A stretch of 60,860 bases of DNA, taken from contig JBMOIY010000001.1 in assembly GCA_049317085.1 (NCBI GenBank), forward strand, positions 1-60,860, read 5' to 3'. Made by a program: the position numbers and the translations under genes. This DNA is from Rickettsiales bacterium (GTDB lineage: Bacteria; Pseudomonadota; Alphaproteobacteria; Rickettsiales; UBA3002). Under the pieces are notes generated by a model. It did not search any database, was not told where the DNA came from, and was given only the letters and a program-made list of their open reading frames with translations. This document shows, piece after piece, positions 39,824-46,871 of this stretch; the first letter of the stretch is position 1; each line of letters opens with the position of its first letter.

Positions 39824-40183
39824 CTACGACTGTACGACGTATGGCAGCAATGCGAGGTTGCGGGCGCGTTTGATGGCTTGGGAAAGCGCGCGCTGCTTCT
39901 TCGCGGAAACGGCGGTGATGCGGCTTGGCAGGATTTTGCCACGCTCGGAAATGAAACGGCCGAGCAGTTTCACATCTTTGTAATCCACTGCCGGAGCGTT
40001 CGGGCCCGTGAGGGGGCACGACTTGCGACGACGGAAGAAGACCTTGCGGCCACCAGCAGCATCGCCGCCAGCACCTGCTGTACCATCACGGTCACCGCCG
40101 AAGCTGCGACCACCTTCACGGCCACCGGCCGGACGTTCCGAGCGGCCCTCGCCGCGGGGTTTGAAACCTGTGTTCATGTTCAT
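39824..40183 (-). CDS. rpsR: 30S ribosomal protein S18 with an Arg/Gly-rich N-terminal extension
   Basis: The core is [12 protein letters not shown]...[32 protein letters not shown]. It is preceded by ~45 aa rich in R/G. No alternative start exists between. Confidence 0.9.
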   Translation of the reverse strand: MNMNTGFKPRGEGRSERPAGGREGGRSFGGDRDGTAGAGGDAAGGRKVFFRRRKSCPLTGPNAPAVDYKDVKLLGRFISERGKILPSRITAVSAKKQRALSQAIKRARNLALLPYVVQS

Positions 40184-40189
40184 TGCTCC

Positions 40190-40537
40190 TTATGCTGCTT
40201 CGTAGCTATCGCCCGATTTGCTTTGCAGCATCACGGTCGGGGTTGCGTCCATGGCGTCCACGCGCACGGTGAGGGTACGAATGATATCCTCGTTGATGCC
40301 CATGTTGCGCTCGAGTTCTTTCAACGTCGCGGGCAACGCCTCGATGCCGAGCATGGTGTAATGGCCCTTGGCCATTTTGTTGATCTTGTACGCCAGCTGG
40401 CGCAGGCCCCAATACTCGGACTTGATGATGGTGCCTTTACCGTCAGTCACGATCTTGCTGAACGTGTCGGTGAGTTTTTGTACGTCGGCCTTAGAAAAAT
40501 CCGGGCGCGTGACGAACGTGCATTCATAAAATGCCAT
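40190..40537 (-). CDS. rpsF: 30S ribosomal protein S6
   Basis: Start moved to MAFYECTFVTRPD (ATG 40537), with GAGGAAG upstream. Confidence 0.9.
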   Translation of the reverse strand: MAFYECTFVTRPDFSKADVQKLTDTFSKIVTDGKGTIIKSEYWGLRQLAYKINKMAKGHYTMLGIEALPATLKELERNMGINEDIIRTLTVRVDAMDATPTVMLQSKSGDSYEAA

Positions 40538-40724
40538 AACGAACTTCCTCATTAACGGCTGCGTTCGATTTGCACACCCCATGTGTGCCTACCCCAACAA
40601 CCTGTGAATTAATGTTCCCCATCGGGGAGGTGGGCTTATAGGGGTGGCCACCGAGTTAGGCAAGCGAAAACTGGCCGGGATTGACGTTGGCAGGGGTTAG
40701 GGGTATCGGGCAGGAGTAAAACTC

Positions 40725-41687
40725 ATGGAGAACCCTATGTCCACCGCACTCGTCTTTCCCGGCCAAGGTAGCCAAGCTATTGGAATGGTACAATCTTTAG
40801 CCGCCGCCTTTCCCGCAGCGCGTGAGGTGTTGCAGCAGGTGGATGATGCATTATCCTTCAAGCTGTCGGCACTGATGAAGGATGGGCCGGAAGCGGAATT
40901 GACCGCGACGCAGAATGCGCAGCCGGCGATCATGGCGGCTTCGCTCGCGGCGTTCCGGGTGATGCAATCGCAAATGGGCTTCAGCCTGCCGAAGGATGCG
41001 GCGTATGTGGCGGGGCATTCGCTCGGCGAATATTCGGCGCTGACGGCGGCGGGGTCACTCACGGTCGCGGAAGCGGCGAAGCTATTGCGCGTCCGCGGCA
41101 ATGCGATGCAGGCGGCGGTGCCGCCAGGGCAGGGTGGCATGGTTGCGGTCATCGGGCCGGAATTGCCCCTGGTGGAGGAGATCGTGGCCGAAGCGCGTCG
41201 GCGGAGCCCAAGCGAAGTGATCGAGATCGCCAATCATAATTCAACGAACCAGATCGTGCTTTCGGGTTCGGCGAAGGGGATGGAAATGGCGATCGAGGTC
41301 GCCAAGGAAAAAGGGGCGAAGCGGGCATTGCCGCTCGCAGTATCCGCACCATTCCATTGTTCGCTGATGGCGCCCGCCGCGTTCGTGATGGAGCAGGCAC
41401 TCAGCGAGGCGAACCTCAAGGATCCAATTGTGCCGCTGGTCGCGAACGTGACCGCAGAAATGGTGGAAGATGCGGCGGCGATCAAAGGGCTGCTGGTGCA
41501 ACAGGTGACCGGGATGGTGCGTTGGGTCGACAGCATCGAGCGCATGAAACAGGCGGGTGTGACGCGCCTGATCGAGATTGGTCACGGCAATGTGCTCGCA
41601 GGTCTCATCAAGCGCATCGCGCCCGAGATTGCGGTGGTGAATATCGGGACGCCTGAAGATTTGGATGCGTTTAGCAAGGCGGTTTAG
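40725..41687 (+). CDS. fabD: Malonyl-CoA-ACP transacylase
   Basis: FPGQGSQ..GM and the GHSLGEYSAL active site. AGGAG lies 8 nt upstream of ATG 40725. Confidence 0.95.
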   Translation: MENPMSTALVFPGQGSQAIGMVQSLAAAFPAAREVLQQVDDALSFKLSALMKDGPEAELTATQNAQPAIMAASLAAFRVMQSQMGFSLPKDAAYVAGHSLGEYSALTAAGSLTVAEAAKLLRVRGNAMQAAVPPGQGGMVAVIGPELPLVEEIVAEARRRSPSEVIEIANHNSTNQIVLSGSAKGMEMAIEVAKEKGAKRALPLAVSAPFHCSLMAPAAFVMEQALSEANLKDPIVPLVANVTAEMVEDAAAIKGLLVQQVTGMVRWVDSIERMKQAGVTRLIEIGHGNVLAGLIKRIAPEIAVVNIGTPEDLDAFSKAV

Positions 41688-42532
41688 TAGGCAGCAATAG
41701 CTTGGTCTATTTTAAAACCAACGGCGCGATGTATATTCTCAACGAATCCTCGCACGCTTATCTGAACTGTTTTAGGTTGGCTTTCTAGGCCTTGAAGTAA
41801 TTGTTCTGGCTGTGCTGCGAGAGTAGCTATGTTTTTCTTGATATATTCTAATACATCCTGCGCTTGGGGAGCAGGCATTTTTTGTATCAGCACCCCTGCA
41901 GCGGACACGCAAGCATCCTCCATCTTTCGGCGAATATCTTTTTTGAAAGGCTGACTTTTATCTAGCCATTCAATCCATTTATCCATTAGCCTTACACTAT
42001 CTGGGTAAAGCACCCTACTGCCCAAGATTGCTTTTTCATAAATTTTTGAAAGCCTTTGTGGATATGTTTCCTCTGATATTGAGCCAGGCATATGTTCATT
42101 ACGCAATAGATCCATTGTTTGTGTAACTTGTACTAGTTTCAGAAAAAAATCATCGCCAAACAGAGAATTGTTACGCCAAACATCCTCGAAATGCGCCCAG
42201 CCGTTACGTAACTCACGTAGTTTCACTATGTGTGGACTGTTGTATAATCTGGGATTTGTCTGCTTACTAAAGCAGCTAGTAAGGTTAAGACCATCGAGTA
42301 GCACGTTCATTCTGAAGCGGTGAGACATCGTTGTTGCCATAAATCCAAGTTTATTGTAATCGACTCCTAATATTTTACATGCATCGGCGACTGTTGGATC
42401 AGTTTGTAGCGATACTATGTCGTTCGAGTTGCCGACACAACCTACTTTTACCATCGCATTGGATAGTCTGTTTGACCCAGGCCATCGGCTCATAATATTT
42501 ACTAGATTGACTAATTTTTGGATGGTTTTCAC
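41684..42532 (-). CDS. Hypothetical protein with an Rx4H (HEPN-type) motif
   Basis: LRELRNGWAHFEDVWRN is encoded at 42191-42208 (R-N-G-W-A-H). The DNA is AT-rich. The stop overlaps the fabD stop. The true start is uncertain (GTG 42532 follows a TAG directly; internal ATGs are possible). Confidence 0.6.
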   Translation of the reverse strand: MKTIQKLVNLVNIMSRWPGSNRLSNAMVKVGCVGNSNDIVSLQTDPTVADACKILGVDYNKLGFMATTMSHRFRMNVLLDGLNLTSCFSKQTNPRLYNSPHIVKLRELRNGWAHFEDVWRNNSLFGDDFFLKLVQVTQTMDLLRNEHMPGSISEETYPQRLSKIYEKAILGSRVLYPDSVRLMDKWIEWLDKSQPFKKDIRRKMEDACVSAAGVLIQKMPAPQAQDVLEYIKKNIATLAAQPEQLLQGLESQPKTVQISVRGFVENIHRAVGFKIDQAIAAY

Positions 42533-42980
42533 CTAAGTCTATGTTTCCGTAATCTTTTACACGTTTTAACTCTTTAAGAATCCTATCCGTACTTTCATCA
42601 CGATTCTCGTGATTAAAATGCGTGAAGATATCTCGCAACCGTTTCGGTGCGTTCCAAGGATAATTCGCTAGTAATGCCTTCACTTCTGGTTCCATGTTTT
42701 TTGCTGCTTCACCTACCAGATTTTTTGCTAATAGCGCAGCTTCCCAGAATGCATAACGAGGCATTATTAGCTCCCAATGCAAACCTTCTCCTGTGATTTT
42801 TTCGGCTAGCAAAAAAGTTTTTATGGTGTAGTGGTATTGTTTATAGCTAGGTAAAGACTTGTAGAAATCCCATAGTTTGCGGCTATCCCATAGCGCCCTA
42901 TCCTCCAGAAACTCTTTCAATGTCTTTGCCATAGGACCAAATAATACAGGCACTTGGTTAAGGATTAATGACAGCTTCAT
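42399..42980 (-). CDS. Hypothetical protein with an Rx4H (HEPN-type) motif
   Basis: KRLRDIFTHFNHE is encoded at 42618-42635 (R-D-I-F-T-H). The start was trimmed to ATG 42980 (or 42932), because the first 28 ORF codons translate a palindromic repeat. The 3' tail overlaps the next ORF by 134 nt. Confidence 0.55.
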   Translation of the reverse strand: MKLSLILNQVPVLFGPMAKTLKEFLEDRALWDSRKLWDFYKSLPSYKQYHYTIKTFLLAEKITGEGLHWELIMPRYAFWEAALLAKNLVGEAAKNMEPEVKALLANYPWNAPKRLRDIFTHFNHENRDESTDRILKELKRVKDYGNIDLGENHPKISQSSKYYEPMAWVKQTIQCDGKSRLCRQLERHSIATN

Positions 42981-43001
42981 GACAATTGCGTGACAATTGC
43001 C
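42980..43001. repeat. Tandem 11-bp direct repeat TGACAATTGCG/TGACAATTGCC
   Basis: Read directly. Each unit contains the palindrome CAATTG. It lies immediately 5' of the upstream HEPN-like ORF. Confidence 0.5.
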
Positions 43002-43040
43002 GTTCAGGTTTGTAGGAACGGGGCTTAAAAACCAACTACT

Positions 43041-43129
43041 TGTCATGCCAGCGAAGGCTGGCATTCAGCTTCTTGGGATTCTCGCGGCGCCGCGCGCCGC
43101 GCTGGATACCAGCCTTCGCTGGTATGACA
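43041..43129. repeat. Nested palindromic (REP/MITE-like) element
   Basis: The 29-nt arms TGTCATGCCAGCGAAGGCTGGCATTCAGC and GCTGGATACCAGCCTTCGCTGGTATGACA are inverted with 3 mismatches. Each arm is itself a hairpin (TGCCAGC-GAAG-GCTGGCA). The centre holds GCGGCGC-CGC-GCGCCGC. Confidence 0.7.
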
Positions 43130-43148
43130 ATATAACGAGGAGACGACC

Positions 43149-43886
43149 ATGACCCACCTATCAGGCAAACGCGCTCTTATCACCGGCGCTTCAGGCGGCA
43201 TCGGCGGGGCGATTGCCAAAGCATTGGTAGCGGCGGGTGCGAGTGTCGCCATTTCGGGCACGCGGGTCGAGGCGCTGGAGGCGCTGAACGCAGAGCTGGG
43301 TGGCGTGGCGAAAGTGCTGCCATGCAATTTGACGGATGGTGCGGCGGTGGATGCTTTACCGGGGCAGGCGGAAGCCGCTTTAGGCGGTTTGGATATTCTG
43401 GTTTGTAACGCTGGTGTCACTAAAGATGGCCTCGCGATGCGGATGAAGGATGAGGATTTCACCTCGGTACTCGACATTAATCTGGTCGCGACATTCCGCC
43501 TGAATCGTGCAGTATTGAAACCCTTCATGAAGCAGCGCTCGGGGCGCATTATCAATATCGCGTCGGTGGTTGCGGTCATGGGCAACCCTGGGCAGGCGAA
43601 TTATTGTGCATCGAAAGCCGGGATGATCGGGATGAGCAAATCGCTGGCGCAGGAAGTCGGCAGCCGCGGTATCACCGTGAATTGCGTGGCGCCCGGGTTC
43701 ATCAAGACAGCGATGACGGACAAATTGAATGAAGAGCAGCAGAAGCGCATTACGGATAACATCCCGGCGCAGCGGTTCGGGTTGCCGGAGGATGTGGCGG
43801 CGGGTGTGGCGTTCCTCGCGTCCGAAGGCGCGAGCTATATCACCGGGCACACGCTGCATATCAATGGCGGCCTGTTGATGGTATAG
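43149..43886 (+). CDS. fabG: 3-oxoacyl-ACP reductase
   Basis: 245 aa with GKRALITGASGGIGGAIA, NAG and the YCASKAG catalytic motif. GAGGAG RBS is present. Confidence 0.95.
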   Translation: MTHLSGKRALITGASGGIGGAIAKALVAAGASVAISGTRVEALEALNAELGGVAKVLPCNLTDGAAVDALPGQAEAALGGLDILVCNAGVTKDGLAMRMKDEDFTSVLDINLVATFRLNRAVLKPFMKQRSGRIINIASVVAVMGNPGQANYCASKAGMIGMSKSLAQEVGSRGITVNCVAPGFIKTAMTDKLNEEQQKRITDNIPAQRFGLPEDVAAGVAFLASEGASYITGHTLHINGGLLMV

Positions 43887-43890
43887 CGGC

Positions 43891-45144
43891 GTGGCCCTTT
43901 CTTATGAAGTGCTACGCAATCGCGATTTTCGCCGCATCCTTGCGACGCGGCTCTGCGGGATTTTTGCGTTGCAAGCGCAGGCGGTCATCGTCGGTTGGCA
44001 GGTCTATAGCCTGACGAAAGACCCGTTAATGCTTGGGCTGGTGGGGTTGGTGGAGGCGGTGCCTGCTATTATCTTCGCACTTTTTGCAGGGCATATCGTC
44101 GATAAGAGCCGTCCGCATTTCATCTTCCGCAATTGTTTGCTCGTGCATTGTGTCATCTCGTTCATCGTGCTGATCGTCGCCGGAGGTTTCGCCGGGGCGA
44201 GCCGGGACATGGTATTGGTGACGTTGTTCATCGGCGTGTTCCTATCAGGGTTGACGCGCAGTTTCATCATGCCGTCCTCGTTCACGCTGCTGTCGCGGAT
44301 TGTGCCGCGGGCGAATATCCCGGCGGCGCTGTCATGGATGACGAGTGGTTTCCAGCTTGCGGCCATTGGCGGCCCGGCAATCGCTGGGCTTGTCTATGGT
44401 GGGTATGGCGCATCGGTCGCGTGGTTCATGCCGTTTATTTTCTTAGCTGCTGCAACTGCGGTGGTCAGTGGCATTAGCCCTGAGCACCGTGAATTCAAGA
44501 ATCAGGATAGCCGCGAACCGGCGGTGAAAAGCATCGCGGCAGGGTGGAAGTTCGTCATTGGCAATCGCGTGCTGTTGCCGATTATGATGCTCGATATGTT
44601 TGCTGTGTTGTTCGGTGGTGCAGTTGCTATCCTACCCGTGTTTGCGGACCAGGTACTGCATACGGGGTCGGAAGGGCTGGGGTTGTTGCGCGCGGCACCG
44701 GCGATCGGGTCCATTATCACTGCGCTTTATTTTGCAGTGAAGCCAATGAAGGTGATTCGTGCGACGCGCTTGCTGATGGCGGTCGCGGGTTTCGGCGTGT
44801 GCATGGTGTGTTTTGGGCTTTCCACCAGCTTTGGAGCCGCAGCATTTTTCCTCGCGCTCAGTGGTGCGTTCGACAGTGTAAGCATGGTGGTGCGCGGGAC
44901 ATTGATGCAGTTGCTGATTCCGGACACGATGCGCGGGCGTGTATCCGCACTCAACAGTATGTTCATTATTTCGTCGAACGAGATAGGCGCGTTCGAATCG
45001 GGTGCTGCGGCAAGTTTGCTCGGATTGATTCCGTCAATTCTCATTGGGGGAAGTATGTCGCTGCTGGTCGTTGGGTTCACGACCCTGTTCTGCGGCGATT
45101 TGCGCAGGCTGGTAGTGCATACGGATAAGAAAGAAACGGCCTAG
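43891..45144 (+). CDS. MFS transporter
   Basis: 417 aa, roughly 12 hydrophobic helices, with an LRNRDFRRIL N-terminus as in MFS_3-type exporters. Confidence 0.8.
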   Translation: MALSYEVLRNRDFRRILATRLCGIFALQAQAVIVGWQVYSLTKDPLMLGLVGLVEAVPAIIFALFAGHIVDKSRPHFIFRNCLLVHCVISFIVLIVAGGFAGASRDMVLVTLFIGVFLSGLTRSFIMPSSFTLLSRIVPRANIPAALSWMTSGFQLAAIGGPAIAGLVYGGYGASVAWFMPFIFLAAATAVVSGISPEHREFKNQDSREPAVKSIAAGWKFVIGNRVLLPIMMLDMFAVLFGGAVAILPVFADQVLHTGSEGLGLLRAAPAIGSIITALYFAVKPMKVIRATRLLMAVAGFGVCMVCFGLSTSFGAAAFFLALSGAFDSVSMVVRGTLMQLLIPDTMRGRVSALNSMFIISSNEIGAFESGAAASLLGLIPSILIGGSMSLLVVGFTTLFCGDLRRLVVHTDKKETA

Positions 45145-46871
45145 CTCGTAGGTTTTTCTTCTGGCTTTCTTTCTGCAGCAGGGGTTGTGGATGAGGGCGC
45201 AAACAGACCCTCAAAGAAATTCGGTTTATCCTCTGCCGCAGGGCTTACATTTTGCTGCGTTTCTGGTGCAGCAATCGGTGCAGCATGTTGGGGTGCGATT
45301 GTTTCGGGTTTTGCCGGTGCCTGCCAGCTGCCGCCGAGGGCTTTTACTAACTGCACCGTGGTGATATATTGATTGCCGCGCACTTGTACTTGGGCGCGCT
45401 GGGCGGCGAGGTAGCTGCGTTGTGCGTCGAGATATTCCAAGTGACTGGTGTAACCTGCATCGAAGCGTTGCCCCGCAACTTTATTTGCGCGGGTCGCCGC
45501 GCTCAGGCCTGCATCGACCGCTTTAGTCTGTTCGCTTAAATTGCGGATGCCGCTGAGTTGGTCCTCGACCTCGCGGAAGGCAGTGAGTACGGATTCGCGA
45601 TAGGTCGCGGTGGCGGCGTTGAAATCAGCTTGGGTTTGCGCTTTCGCAGCGGCGATGCGGCCACCTTCGAAGATGGGCTGGGTGATGACGGTGCCCGCAA
45701 GTGGGCCAATGGTCCAGGTGCGGTTCGACCATTTGAAGAGATCGCCCAGATCACCCGAAACGAAACCGCCGACGGCGCTCAGCGAGATATCAGGGAAGTA
45801 GCCTCCGCGGGCGACGCCGATGCGCTGGTTGGCGGCAGCGATAAGGCTTTCGGCCTGTTTGATATCCGGGCGGCGCTCGAGCAGGCTTGAGGGGATGCCT
45901 GCGGGAATGGTCGGTGGTGGCGTTGACAGATCAGCAGTCTCCACTTTCAGTTCCGATGATGGCACGCCGATCAGGGTAGCGAGGGCATGTTCGCTCACGG
46001 CGAGGTTTTGGGCGACCACTGTTGCATCGGATTTCACGGCGGCGCGATCAGTCTCGGCGGAAGAAAGAACGAGGGAATCGATCTCACCGACTTCGTGGCG
46101 TTTGCGTGTGAGCTCTAAATACTTGTCGCGGGTGGCGACGGTATCGGTGAGGATTTTATTTTCGGCGCGCAGGGCTGCGACACGGAAATAGGCTTGCACG
46201 ATTTCGGTTTGTAACGCTAAGCGCGCGGCGCGGTAATTATTCTGTTCGGCTTCTGCATCTTTTTCCGCCGCTTTTACACGGGCGCGGGTCTGGCCGAAAA
46301 GGTCGAGTTCATAGGTGATGGAACCTTGCGCGGTGTAGAGGTTGTAAGGTTTAGTCGTCGGCGTAATGCCGGGCGGCAGGCTGACTTCCTGAGCGGCTGC
46401 GGATGGACGCGTGCGTTGCGGTCCAATGCCGGCAGAGATGGATGGGTAGAGATCGGCCGCGCGTGTATCGACCACGGCGCGGGCGCTGTTGACGCGTTCG
46501 CGGGCGATATCGAGCGATGGGTTATCCTTCATCGCCTGATCCATCAGCGCGTCAAGCTTGCTATCGTTGAACATGCGCCACCAGGCGAATTCCTCTATCT
46601 GAGCTTTTTCGTCGAAGCGTTTCCATTTGCCGTCGGTCGCGGGTTCGACGGTCACCGTTTCCGCGCTGGTGTCTTCTTTAAAGGCGGAAGGCGTAAACAC
46701 TTCCGGTAGTTTCAAATCGGGTGCGAGGTCGCAGGCGGTGAGTGGCAGCAGCATGACGCCGAGCAATAGCATCTTTCTGCGCTTGGCCTTCCATGGCGAG
46801 CCGCTCGTGGCAGTGGTCAGCGATGAAGGCGCGTAGGGGGCAAGGCCCCTTTCAATGATATAGTCACGCAT
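45141..46871 (-). CDS. Efflux outer-membrane factor lipoprotein (NodT family)
   Basis: Lipobox LLPLTAC with paired OEP repeats. It has a Pro/Ala-rich C-terminal tail. The start overlaps the RND stop by 8 nt. Confidence 0.85.
   Translation of the reverse strand: MRDYIIERGLAPYAPSSLTTATSGSPWKAKRRKMLLLGVMLLPLTACDLAPDLKLPEVFTPSAFKEDTSAETVTVEPATDGKWKRFDEKAQIEEFAWWRMFNDSKLDALMDQAMKDNPSLDIARERVNSARAVVDTRAADLYPSISAGIGPQRTRPSAAAQEVSLPPGITPTTKPYNLYTAQGSITYELDLFGQTRARVKAAEKDAEAEQNNYRAARLALQTEIVQAYFRVAALRAENKILTDTVATRDKYLELTRKRHEVGEIDSLVLSSAETDRAAVKSDATVVAQNLAVSEHALATLIGVPSSELKVETADLSTPPPTIPAGIPSSLLERRPDIKQAESLIAAANQRIGVARGGYFPDISLSAVGGFVSGDLGDLFKWSNRTWTIGPLAGTVITQPIFEGGRIAAAKAQTQADFNAATATYRESVLTAFREVEDQLSGIRNLSEQTKAVDAGLSAATRANKVAGQRFDAGYTSHLEYLDAQRSYLAAQRAQVQVRGNQYITTVQLVKALGGSWQAPAKPETIAPQHAAPIAAPETQQNVSPAAEDKPNFFEGLFAPSSTTPAAERKPEEKPTS

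Noticed and set aside
40697-41233. Long antisense or alternative-frame ORFs inside housekeeping genes (also for example 27746-28495, 34683-35447, 43043-43585, 50714-51418, 36910-37530)
   Set aside because: These are typical shadow ORFs of moderately GC-rich coding DNA. Their composition is Arg/Ala/Gly/Pro-rich, no motifs are present, and each is fully overlapped by a confidently identified gene.
42981-43064. The N-terminal 28 codons of ORF 42399-43064 (MPAFAGMTSSWFLSPVPTNLNGNCHAIV)
   Set aside because: They are a translation of the palindromic repeat element and the tandem 11-bp repeat. The real start is more likely ATG 42980 or 42932.
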